DNA of 57,727 nt from Hydrolagus affinis (Eukaryota): assembly GCA_012026655.1 (NCBI GenBank), contig JAAILG010002131.1:1-57727 (forward strand), in the 5' to 3' direction. This document shows, piece after piece, positions 12,983 to 25,730 of the stretch. The notes beneath the pieces were generated by a model, which had not been told where the DNA came from, did no database searches, and was given only the letters and a program-made list of their open reading frames with translations. Positions within the stretch are counted from its first letter, which is position 1. Each line of letters opens with the position of its first letter. The translations under genes and the position numbers were made by a program.

Positions 12983-13363
12983 CTGTGTGTGTTGGATAAA
13001 ATAAAGATCTCACTGAAGCTTTCTGGTGGGTCCAGACAAAAGCAATATGGTGGGATATGGGTCCTAAAGGTCTGAGTTATGCGACTTTTCGTTAGAGAAA
13101 AATAATGTTGGTTATTTTAGTCAAAACTACTCATCTTGAAGGAGCTGACAAATTGTCTGTGTTTGGAATTATTCCAAAGACTTTCTCCTGTAACCATAAA
13201 GTACTGTGGATTATTTACTTGCAGAATTGTATTTTAAATCAAAATGAAATTCTGTTCATTAATATTGAGGAGAAACCCACTGTCTTACATTTTGTAAATG
13301 ACACACAGAATCTGAGAGTTAAATAACACTGTATTTAGCTCCCATTGAGTGTGTCAGATAGTT

Positions 13364-13711
13364 AGCTCCTGTGGCTCAGTGGTTAGAGCACTTGTCTTGC
13401 AAGCTGGGAAGACCGAGCTGGAGAGACCTGTGTTCAAATCCAGGCAGGTTCAGGGCGAAACCTTGGGCAAGTTTCCTTACTCCACACGCCTATTAATAAT
13501 CCCTCCAAAAAAAACACAATAATAAAATTGGTCATTTCAATCCACGGCTGTGTGTGTGGGGAGGGGGGAGAACGCTGTTGTGCGCAATTGGCTGCTGCGT
13601 TTCGCCCACAGATATATACAGTGACTACACTTTGCAGTATATTCTGTGAAGCGCTTTGGGACGTCGATAAGATGTGAAAAGCTGCTATATCAAATGCAAG
13701 GATTATTATTA
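13364..13711 (+). mobile_element. Full-length tRNA-derived SINE with L2/DeuSINE-type tail
   Basis: A box tggctcagtgg, B box gttcaaatc, body aaccttgggcaagtttccttactcc, gcgcaattggctgc, tail aagcgctttgggacgtc..tatcaaatgcaagga(tta)n. Confidence 0.9.
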
Positions 13712-14039
13712 GTAGTAGAATGTGTTACTATCAAACTGTGGGTAAACTCTCTGACAAGTGAAGTGAGTTCCTGCTGGTTTATTAGACAGAAAGATCTTTC
13801 AGTGAAGATTTTTTTTGACAAAATCCCACAAGCAGTCGTGGGTTGAAATGACCAATTTTATTATTGTGGGTTTTTTTTTGTTGCACAAATTGTCCACGTC
13901 ATTTATGGACAAATACAGTCACCAGACTTCATAGAAACACTGTGAAATACTCAGAGATGTTTAAACGCGATAGGGCATTTCATGAAGTGTACAAATTATA
14001 TTATTATAATTAGCAATAAGATTAATTCGGATGAAAAAA

Positions 14040-14260
14040 ACAAGTCTTTTAGGCCATTTAATCTCATTGTTCTAAAATACCTATAATACCGTTTTGCCCT
14101 TGCGTTATCCGACTATTTCTTAAACAAGTTCAGCATCTTGGCCTCTAGCTCTCTTCTTGGTCACCATCTTGAGCTGTTCATTACCCTGTGTTTAACTAGA
14201 TGTACTTCCTGGTATCTATGTTAAAATTGCTCTATAAAACCTTGAACCTATGACCTCCTC
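14040..14260 (-). mobile_element. Degenerate CR1-like LINE fragment
   Basis: ggccatttaatctc..ttcttaaac..ttcattaccctgtgt..ttgaacctatgacctc resembles the reverse complement of a CR1 ORF2 end and 3' UTR. Confidence 0.45.
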
Positions 14261-17200
14261 CCCTGCTGCACCGGCATTCTTCCAAAATAAATGCCTTAAA
14301 AACACTTGTGTGAGATGTTACACCTCCAGTATCCATGAAAGTTCATTGCGACCTGTGTATACGTAAGGTGGATTGAAACTATCGCACCGAACAAGAATCT
14401 GCACTGCAAATGATTTCTTTAATGAGTCCTTACATCCAATTTAATTAATCCTTTAATGCTGAATTCCAACATGTGTTTCCTTTATGCTTTCTCGTTGGGC
14501 TGAGGAATAAACAATTCCTGTGTATTAAGCTTTATTTGTTTTTAAACGTAAAACCAAGGAAACTTGAAATACCGGCCTGGTGATTGTAGTGAATTAACGG
14601 TAACGAATACGCTAAGCTGGTTCTATAAATCCTAAGGCAGATCTTGTGGGAGCTTGTGTTGTTTTATGGTCAGGGTTAAAGAATGTATCAGTTTACTGTG
14701 TACTGTAAACAGCACTTATGAGCTGCCATGTGGAAATGGAACAGAGTCTGTTTGGCCCCTTTAATGTCGCTGGAGAATAAATCACAATCCCCTTCTTGGT
14801 GTATTAATCATGTCAGATATTGACGTGCGTTTTCAAGAGTTGTTTAAAGATGTCAAAAATCGCTGTGTTCCTGTGTTTCTTCATATTTTATAACATGGGT
14901 CACAAGACCGTTATGGGTGAAGGTCAGGCCTTAAGCATTGTAAAAATTTGTTCGACATTCAACAGATTTATGTGGATGCAAATGGCTTGCATCATTCGCA
15001 ATGCCATCACTATCTATTCACCTACCTTATGATAGTAATGCCTTCACACTATTGTCTTCGATAAGCAAGGTCTGAGTACTATTAAATGCAAGGATTATTA
15101 TTACTGTTTTTTTTATTATAGTATAGATTTATTCAGAATCACGTACGTTCACATAGTCTTTCAATGCTACCAAGCATCAAACAAAATGCCAGTAACAAAC
15201 CTATTTCTACCTTTCACACTTTTTGAGACAGAAAGGTTGTCACCCACAAACGTAGGCTGTTTCAGTATTTCCGAAATCTCGGAAAATATCTGCGGTTGAA
15301 AAAAACAGCCGTCTGCCAACATGCAGCGATGCGCAGAGCAGTGCGAGGGTCTGGGTTAGTGTTCTCCACTATTGAATCCACCGTTTGTTCAGCTGAGAGG
15401 CAGTGTGCTCTGATTCTTGGTAACTAATAGAATTAAACGTGCTGACACCATTAAAGTACAGGATCTCCACACCAAAAGCGTCAATGAAATTTAAAACAAA
15501 AGTGGAAGTAACTATAAGTTACTGTCATATCTGTGTTTTAATCCACAATTCGCCCTGTAAAATAATAAAAATGCAGGTAAAACCCATGATTATATTACCA
15601 ATGCTGAGTGCTTTGTGCAGTTTTAAATTAATTAAATTATGACGTGAAGTTAAGTACATTTTAAATCAGGCTGTTTCACCTATTGGGTGTTAAGAATGAA
15701 TTGTGATGCATTTGCATGGGAAGATGAAACTCTGACTATAATACATATTATACGATGATTCAGCTGTCAGTTTACACTCTTGCTGAGTTTATTGGAAGTC
15801 CTAATGTGTATTCTTTCTTGCTACTAGCTCTATTGAAAGTACAGTGTTAAACTAAGAAAGTATTTCAGCGCCTTGGAACGTCCCCCCCAAAGTAAAAGGC
15901 CCTATACAAATGTAAATTTTCTTGTTGTTATTAATTCTAAGTATTAATTCAATTGCTGCTTTATGATGCACTGCTGCATTTGAAAGCTTTTACAATCATA
16001 CCTTTCTCACAATATCACATTCAATTTTGTGTTCACTAAATGCAGTATTTCAGCAGCACTATTGCCGGCAGTGTTTGCCTTTGGAAAGCAGAACATTTTG
16101 AATTCTTCGTACATTGTGAGGGGAGGAAATTTGGGGTGAATTAGAATCCATTTTAAATTTTTTACTCTCCAATGAAAAATCTGTTATTTTATTTTGTGGA
16201 GGTAATAAATGTATTTGTTCTTTGAGATCTCAAGCATCTGTTGAAACATTATCATAATAGGTCTGTTTGGTCAAAATACCTCTTCGAAATCCATTGACAA
16301 GTTACTGATGTGCTGAAGTATAGTCCTGACGAAGAATGGAATATAAAAACAAAGATTTTTCCATATGTTAGCTCCTGGGCTTTGACTTTCCAGAAGTTGG
16401 GTCTCTTTCACCCTAAATTGTTAACCTCTCCAGCCAGGGTTCCCAGTGACCTCTTCATTGGATCACTGCATAAGGTCATCCAATTAGGTCCTAACGACCT
16501 TCACAGAACTTTGGATGTGGAGAAGTTGATATGGCAGTAATTTGCGATGCCCTGCTTGAACAATTTCACAAAGTCAATCCCAAATAATCATCGACTTCAA
16601 TATTGAGCTCATCTAATTTGAGGTTGGAGGTGGGGGTTTATTTTTGTCCCCCGCCTGCTCACCCCAATCTTGTACAGAATGAAACGTTCTTTCAATTGCA
16701 CCAGTAAAACGTCAAAGGAGCGTATGATTGAAATAATCACTATGATAATATACCCACTTGATTACAGAGTCATAGATTGTTCAGTGAAAGATTTAGCTGA
16801 GTAGAATTTTAACAGTATTCTATCAAGCTAGCTTCAGTATCTGCTATCCTTTCGGTGGCTAAAATACCAATTTCACTTATTCTGTGTGTTTTAAAAAGTA
16901 AGGTGTAAGAATGGCATTGTCTTCTTCATCCTTTCGCGAGTATCTGGTGCCGTTTCTGCCACAAAACCTGATCAGCAACATAGATGTTTCCAAATCTAGG
17001 GCTGGCTTGAGCTGGAGACCAAGGAGAATTTGCTTGCCCATGCGTGCAAACCTTGTAGCTCTGTTGGAAATACACTCTTTAAAACCGAAGAGCAAAATGT
17101 TAACTCGGCCCATTTATTTGTCGGAGTCCAATAGAAAAAGATGAACTAGAATTTACTTCCCTCAGAAATCGGCTGGCAGTCTTGAGACCCAGAATTGCCC

Positions 17201-18323
17201 ATCACTCAAGCCAGAAGTAAATTCTGTCAGGCATGAAATGGGGGAGACTTTCAATATAGTGCGATGTCCTTTCTCATGGGAAGGGAAAATTGAACATAAT
17301 TAGTTTACCACCAATATAGCTGTCAGTTAGTTGTAAACGGCTGTAATAATGATTGTGGAAAAGTTTGCATCTGAGATGTGTGTATCCTTCAAAATGAGGG
17401 GGGTGGGATGGGCAAGGTCACTGGGGATTTAATGTGGGGAAAGGGATGAAATCGGAGATAGAGCAAGAGCTGGGATGATTACACGTTGTCAACGACAACA
17501 CATTGACAGTTGTTGTAAAAAGATGACACTATTTCAAGGTTCTTTTCCTATGATGGATATTAGGGAATCATGATATAATGACATTTGCAAAAGATTGCAT
17601 TTCACAGCCAAATATATCAGTTAAACATTGAGAACAATTGAATATATGAAATGGATATATTTAAATGGACACTTTGGGTCCATTTAAGTGGACCCAAAGT
17701 GGTAGTTTGTAAGTTCTGTTTTTCAAAAAAAAGTTTTTAAAAAATAGTTCTATGAACAATTCAGAAGTTGTATTTAGATTTTTCAAAATATTGTATAAAT
17801 AATTCTTCACACCAAGAAAAATAATTTAAAAAATATACATGTTAACTGTTTAACAGTTGTAAATGAAAAGCAGAATAATATATTTTTTCACATGTAAGTG
17901 ACTGACCAGAGAAAAATGGGAAAGTCCTTCATGAATCATCTCAATTTTGTTTCTGAAAATGTGTCAACATTTTTATCTCCATCCCTACCATAATAATAAT
18001 AATCCTGTCTCAAAGCGCTTCACAGAATTATTAATGTCAAGTGAATTGACTATATTTTGGGGGCTGTTGATATGACGTGAAAGGGGCTTTACAAATGTCA
18101 CTTTGTTGTTGTTATGTAAATAATGAGGCAACATCTTCTGCCATGAGGAGAGCAGGTGTCTTGGTCTAGGTCACTGCCAATGTTATCTTGGTGTTCAGAG
18201 CGTATATGATAATAATAATCCAGTGAGGACTCTTTTATCCAGAGGAAATGCTTCTTTTCCGCTTTGTGTCTCGCACAGAATTACTCTAATTAAACCATCA
18301 ACCTTCCCATTGGCATTTTGGAT

Positions 18324-18351
18324 GAATGAATGAATGAATGAATGAATGAAT
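18324..18351. repeat. (GAAT)n microsatellite
   Basis: Directly visible. Confidence 0.9.
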
Positions 18352-18449
18352 GTGCTTATTAAGTTAAATGATAGATTTGCTGAAAAATAGATCTCCCTTT
18401 TTCACTTGGTAGTTTCAAGCTTTAAGAAAAGTTTCCTCCACACTTATAT

Positions 18450-18545
18450 AATAATAATAATAATCTTTTCATATCATACAGCGACTTATCATGTCTTCGA
18501 GACTGTGTCTCAAAGCTCTTCACAGAGTATACTGTAAGTGAATTT
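18450..18545 (-). mobile_element. SINE tail fragment
   Basis: (aat)n..tctcaaagctcttcacagagtatactgtaagtgaatt is the reverse complement of the family tail. Confidence 0.65.
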
Positions 18546-21500
18546 ACTTTGCAGGTTTGTATAGATGAAACCCTTCTTCAATAATGAAATTCAGCCACAA
18601 ACCCAGAACAGAAACTTCCCCATCCAGTCCTTATTAACCTTTAATATGACCATCGCATTTCTGAGTTTATGTTTTTTAAATAAGCAAATCAATTGCTATC
18701 CGGTACCTGGGTTAACATTCAAGGTTTGGTACTGTAATATTCACGGTTTCCCTTCCCCAATATATAAATCCAAATGCATTTCATGTATTTTATGTCATTC
18801 AATGCACTCAGCAGGTAGAAAACTCTGACACTCACACATTTTCTAATAAAAATAAGATTATATAATCTTTATAATAATAAAGATTATTATTATTACTATT
18901 ATTTTCTAGTGTAGTACAATGTCGGAGTGATATGATCTGTGTAAGACTCCACTGACTCGGAAACAGCTTCATTCATGTGTTCCGTAAATGTTGGAAGTAT
19001 GGTACATTTCTGCAAATGTGTGGATTATGTAACAGCTATACCTTAGCATGGGAAAATTGAGAAAATACCAAGTCAAAGTATTTCTGGCCTTTATTCTAGT
19101 CATAGAGTGAAGCGACCAATAGTCAAGGAAATGGGTACGCTGACAGCAACATAATTATGAGCTAGAGCAGCAGGTGTTCTGGTTCCAATAAGCTGCGTGG
19201 AAAGGGTGACAATGGCAGGCCAGAGAAAAGCAAACAGAGTTGCTATTATGAGACTGCGATCGGTGATGTGTATCAGCGAGACACAGTGGCGGAAGTTGAG
19301 CAGCTGCTGCTGGCCTTAACAAGCTGAAACAGGAGCCTGCACAGCGAAACTCAAAACACCCACGCCAAGGCCTTGCCAGCAGGGTAGCTCGGAATGCCTC
19401 GGCTAAGACATTGAGCAGCTCACCTGTTGAGGCTAACATCTGCAGGAAAGAGTGGCCGTGTCCTTTTCAAAACACAACCAATCACTTCAGCTCAAGTTGT
19501 TGCTGGTGCAGGACCCGGGCCGCGTGGGCTGACGAGGAAACCTAAACGAGCCACGCTGACGGTTTATAAAATCAGTCACACTTCGGGTCAGACGTTAGAC
19601 CTTCGGCCGTGGAAGCGAACGGGAAGGAGGCGTTTCTCACACGCTGAGCTGTTTGTTTATTGATGGCTTCCAAACAAGTCCTGTGATGCCAATACCTCAT
19701 GGAACTGTGTGTACAACAGGGAACCTGGAGGGGGGAGGGACACATTTACTTAACACCTGGAAATAGTCAGTGCCTACCCAGCTGGTTGTTAGCCTGTCCC
19801 ACATTCCTAACTTTACAATTACTGCCAGCGTTCTATGCCTTCATTAAAATAGGACCATTGACAGATACTTGCAGATGGCTGTTGGACTTTTTAACAAGGC
19901 TCAGGCAAACAAATTTTACAAAGCCTTTTACATCTTCTTGGAATTTTGAACCCCTATGTGAATTTTAACTTATCTTGCATTTCTTTTAAGCTATTTTATG
20001 CATTTAATACAGCAAAAAAATTGTTTTAACCTTAACCCGCTTTGATGTGTCTGAAACTATTGAAAAGGAACCATTTTCACTCGCTAGCTTTGAAGGGTAA
20101 TGTGAAAATGATTTGTACTTGTAGTTTTAAGGCTAAGATCCATCCACTTGTAAAACAAAGATAAAGATGCAATTAGATACGGATACAGTCATTACTGTAA
20201 CATGACTCACGCGAAGTGTTTAGATTGATAGGTGATGTCATGAGCATTTTTAACTTGACCTCATTATTTGCCAAAAAGAAACAGACTTTTTTGTGCAATT
20301 TTAATGAATGGGAAAACCTGAAGGAGTTGTGGCCACACCAAGGATTTGTTTTTGTTTGATTGTCTGAATCTGTGTGAGCTGTATTCCTACATCGAACAGC
20401 CCACGGAACTCAATTGGAAATATTCTCCAGATAGTGATTGATGCTTTTCCCACACATTTGACAAATTTTGCAGGTCGGAAATAAGTATTTTTTGCCTTAT
20501 CTGTTTATGGATTCATATTTCTTAACATAAAAACACAGATTAACTCTGCAATTCAATGGAATGGTAAGTTAACCTTTTGACTCCTGAAACATATTCCAGT
20601 ATTTTTAAATTTGTTTCAAGACAGCGTTTGTGGATCAAAGTAATACTGTAGTGTGGGCCATGCTGATTCGCCCCCTTCCAATTTCCCATCATGTGCAGAA
20701 TTCCCAGCTAACATTCTGGGTATGAATGGCAAATAAGCTTTGGTATCTTTCAGCAGGAAAAAAAAATGAACCGAGAAATGATAACGAGAAAATGAACTAC
20801 TTGGCATTGTTTTTAGTCATGTGCAAACTTGATCTAAGCCAATCTTGAAATACCTTGTTTGGTTTTGACGTACTTGTGCTATGAGAGGTTACATAACCTG
20901 GCAATTCAGTTATAAGATCACGAATCCAACCTTTAGCATTAAAATCGGATAAGTCTTTGATTCTCAGAACGAGATAGAGGAATGACAATTGTTTTCGCAA
21001 CGCCTTCAATCCATATTAATTTGATTACTTTCCCATTGACATAAACCCCAAACACTGTGGTAACTTAGAATAATGTGATCCCCAGTCAGTGAAAAGTCAT
21101 TTGTGAGACTATTGAAACTCTCCTGACAGCCTGTGTACTAGAGCACGTACTAAAATAGAGGAGCCAAACTACATGTAGTGCAGAAGTATTTTGAGTAACA
21201 AATGGTTATGTCATTATTGGATGGTGAAACATTAACCCAAACACCATTTTATTTTATTTCATATTCCCAAAGTGTTCTCTATAAGCAACATGGTTTTGCA
21301 AGAATTTATCCACGTATCTGAATATTGATGTGCAGTTGCACGGGGAAGTTCTGAGAGAATGAATGCGACTAAAGTTGGCAATTATCCACAGGATTGCATC
21401 GGGGGTGGGGGAACATATTTGACCATTCGGCGCAGATTAACATGTGATCGTTGCACACATCTGATCAGGAAGGCTTAGGTCTCCAACATTTTAATTTTAC

Positions 21501-22300
21501 CATCTGTCTTAAAATGTGAACCTTCAAGCAGACTCTCATGGAATCTGGTTCCGAATTGACTCGTGTGGCGTAGAAAAGTTAGGGTATAACCCCTCGCGTT
21601 AAACTGTAAATTCCCCTAGCTACAACCTTGACTTTGTTTATCTTTCTTTTACTCCTTGTATTTCACATTGTTAGTTGAATCTGTCATTTGCTATAATTGA
21701 GGCAATAAATTTATCCTTACCACACCTTACCTATATCTGGGGTTATATATTTTAAAATATATATACAGTATAATACATGTGAGTCAGAATAATTCCCTGG
21801 GGGAGAAGTAAAAGACCAAGCACACCTCCAAAACACCAATTTTATGATGTTCAGTTAGTCTACATTTTACAAAGAGCGTTTATGAATATGTTGGTGTTTT
21901 TTATGGGATTAAAAAAAATCCCCAAAAGGATCTTTCACCGGTGTTCTTACATCTTATAAATGTTGATCATAACAACATTCGAGAGGGTTCTCAATCACAA
22001 CGCACGGACCCCCATTTGTTTTTCAAACTCATTGTTAATCCAACCTTGTAGCGTACACCAAGCTTCCACAATATTAAATTACAGAACTCTTACTCGGATG
22101 CATTCCTGGATTTATCCCACCACAGTTGTCGCTGGACAGAATTCCAATATTTCAGTATAATTCTGTGTGTGGCTCGGCGGCAAAACGACATAAAACATGG
22201 TAAAATAGGAGAATTGAATTCAAGCTCCACCTACTGTCACCTATCTGCACAATTTTGGGCAAACTGATACAATCTGCCGAGTTCCGCAGTAAATTGGGGG

Positions 22301-22316
22301 TTGCCCTCTGGTGGCT
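22301..22316 (-). promoter_or_regulatory. Candidate CTCF binding site
   Basis: Reverse complement AGCCACCAGAGGGCAA fits the CTCF core CCASYAGRKGGC. Confidence 0.45.
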
Positions 22317-23351
22317 ATCTCAGGACCCACTGTTGGAAGCAACTCCCCAGAGGTTCTGATCCACTGGTATTGGCTTCATGTGACACCAAATCCCATATAA
22401 CACACAGACAATGCCGATTCACACGGCAGGTTGCTCTTTGCGTGAACTAATCAATGGAGGGCACAAGTGATGGGTGTCTAGGAGATGAGAGCGTGGGCGG
22501 CCTGGCTAGATGGGAAATCTGGGTCATTCCCCCATGTGGCACCTTGATTGGCTCCCAATACTCAACGTTGAGGATGAGTGCCCACTTTTCCCAGCGAATC
22601 ACTCCCAGATCCTGCGTAAGACCTGACCAAAGGTTTTAAACCGCGGACTCATCATCCCCATTTCATCTGAAAATCCCTTTCAGGGAGTCAGTCCATCAGG
22701 GGTTAAGGTTGATACTGTATTTGTGTGTGTGTGTATACATATATATATATTTTTATTCTGGGTTTACTTCTGGGACCATTCAGATGGACTGCAGTGATCT
22801 TTTCCAGTTCTGTATGCAATCCTGAAATTCTTTCCCCAATAATAGAACCGCTCTCTGATATATGGGGAGGTCTATAAGGACTGTACCATAATATGTTTTT
22901 GTCTCTGTGAGTATTATATTGAAGAAGAGAGTCTTCAACATACAACGTACAAAGGAACAATGAAATACTTTGGAAACTAATGATAAGAAAGTGTGGTCTC
23001 TTTTTGTTGTAAAACTTTTTAACATTTAATTTTTTACCTTACGGTCTAAAACAACTAATCTCAAATCTCCCCTGAAAAAAAATGTCCTGAAGTTATTTTT
23101 TTTAGAAATAATCTGTTTCTTTATTTTAGATGCATTTCCTTTCAAATCTGCAGTATTTGACAGTTTTGCTGCACTCAACAAGGAAATGTACAATATTAAT
23201 TCCTTGGAATGGCAAAAGCAAACATACAAAATTTACAAAAGCAAACAAAATTTACTATTTCAGAGAACACATAAATAACTTATTTTTGAAAGAGTCTCCT
23301 TTAATTCAAACCATCTGGCAGCAAGTTTAAAGTTGCTGTAACCTTTATCCA

Positions 23352-23410
23352 GGTTGGGCTCGATGGACCAAATGGCCTCCTTCTGTGCTGTAATTTATAT
23401 GGTTCTGTGA
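23352..23410 (+). mobile_element. CR1 3' end fragment
   Basis: gggctcgatggaccaaatggcctccttctgtgctgtaa..tatggttct is a typical CR1 terminus. Confidence 0.65.
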
Positions 23411-25549
23411 AAAATAATTATATTTATTGTTTTGAATGTTTCAGTTAAAGTTTTTCTACAAAGATCAATACCCCTATCATGGGAATTATTGCTTTAATTA
23501 GTTCCGGACTTGATGGTTGGGCACTTTGTATGTTGGGTTTCACAGTTGTATAAATTATGCATCAAATCGTGTGAGAAACCTGAACTATCTAATACAAAAA
23601 ACACATTTGATGTATGAAAAAATGAATTATTAACATTATTTTAAGAGGGTTTATGTGGAGGACTCTGCTTTTGCTGCTTTTGTATCTTGTACAACTTTCA
23701 CTCTTGGGACATTTCTGTAGGAAACACATAGCTCAGTGAGAGGTCAAGTAACTCTGAGATGTTACTCGCAATGAAGGGTGCTATAAAAAGGCAAGTTGTT
23801 GAAATTTACCCTTGTTTGTAGCATAGCCGTTCCAATATTTATATGATGCACATGAGAATGGTGCCTGAACTGACTATCATATTCTTCAGGCTACAGAACC
23901 CAATTCTTATCAGTCAAAGTCCAAAATGTTCTCAATCTCTTGATACGAGTGGATAAGGCAATCTCCCAAAACACGCAAAACTGTTTTGCCAGAAACATGG
24001 CAGTTATTTCAGGAGTTATTTTCTAGGCATCAACTCCCCAGTTTATTCAGGAAAGGAGTGTGTTGGCACGCAAACGCTCGCAGATGGGTGATTTATGTTA
24101 CTCTAACAAGTTTCAGTGTTTTCTGGAGACGGACATTATAAAACATTTTCATTACTCGCCATATGTCCTCGTGGGCCTTCGAGACGAAATAGGTTATTTT
24201 CAAGAACATCTGTTTGTTATTCGCATCTGGTAATTGGGAGATCCTTAGCGTGGTTTTCGCTAATAAGGCACTTGATCTTATTCCTATTTACTTTATGGAT
24301 TTGAACCACAAACTAGTGACGAAAGCTACAGGTGGTGATTTTTTTTGAAATCCCCAAATTTACAGCCCCGCTGAACGTGATTTTGCGGGTCACCGATTAC
24401 CGCTGAGAGGTCACCACCTTTACATTTGATCTAAAAACCAATGAAGTGCAACTGTGAAGTTATAAAAATAGCTAATAAGGAACTCACCAGAAAGTCCGAA
24501 GGGCAAGAGAGGGAGGAGGGGAGAAGAGAAAAAAGAAAACCCAATTTAATTTGCCTGTTTTCACTCTCACCTTTATCACAGTGACCCGTGTGTTATTCTA
24601 ATTTTTCTTACACATGTTCTCCAACTAAATGACTGATTTTTTTTTTTAAAAAGTGTATTGAAACAAATGCAAGCCCAGCTTTTGTCTCTATATCGCAGGA
24701 AGAATAAGTAGTCGCGTGAAATTATTCGTACAGCAGATGTAGAAAGTCTTTGAAGAGACACCATTCGGAATGTGATATTCAATTATAATATTAGTGTAGT
24801 TAATTTGCTTTTTTACTCGCCAAAGCCTGGAGTTCATCCGATTGGAAGTTGGCACATTTCTTTTAACGATGACAAACCATTGTACTGTATTTATTTGGTT
24901 CTGATTATCCGCTATTCACCCACAAATATAATCATGGCACTTTTGCAGTAACTTGCTTGATGCACTTTGAAGTCTTTTGATGACGTGAGGCACAATATCA
25001 AAGGCAACAGTTATTATAAATAATTTAAATTGTAATCTTTAAATGGCAATTTTTTTTGGCCATTTATAATTTACTATTTTAATTATGTATAGTCTAACTG
25101 GTGCATCAAAGACATCATATGAATTAAACTATCCCAGAAAAGTAAAGGGAGTTGTTGGATAGTACTTTTTTTTAAATAGACGGATACCAATTTTAAATAG
25201 ACGGATAAATAACCAATTTGTTAACAAAGGTAGTGTGAAAATATAAGCTACTTCTCGCAATATCTTGTTATTTTACATACTTAGGTTGTCAAACCTGGAC
25301 AAGATTGCTCGTAATTGTTAGAGATCAGTTTTAGCTTCCAACACAGCATTCATTTTGCATTAATAAATTCCATTCAGTTACAGTTTTATGGATAATGATG
25401 TTTTCTTTACATACCTGAAACCATCACCCATTTAAAATCAATGTATTAAATTCAGTGAAATGAAATTATATTGCAAATTGTATTCTTTCAAGAAGTTTCC
25501 GGGCACGAGCAATTGCGTTTGTACTACATTGAAGGACGTAGTACAAAAC

Positions 25550-25730
25550 AAATAATAAATTGGTCGCTTCAACCCACGACTGTTTGTGGAACACTGCTGC
25601 GCGCAGTTGGCTGCCGCAATTCACCCACAAATATGCAGCCAAATTCACTCTACAGTATATTTGGTGAAGCGCTTTGAGACGTCTAGAAGACGTGAAAAGC
25701 TGCTGTACCAAATGCAAGGATTTATTATTG
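25550..25730 (+). mobile_element. Partial SINE (3' half)
   Basis: aattggtcgcttcaacccacgactgtttgtgg..aagcgctttgagacgtc..aaatgcaaggatttattatt. Confidence 0.8.

Noticed and set aside
16877-17144. Overlapping ORFs in a GC-richer block, considered as a transposase relic or extra exon
   Set aside because: No recognisable motif in the frames I translated and no convincing splice context.
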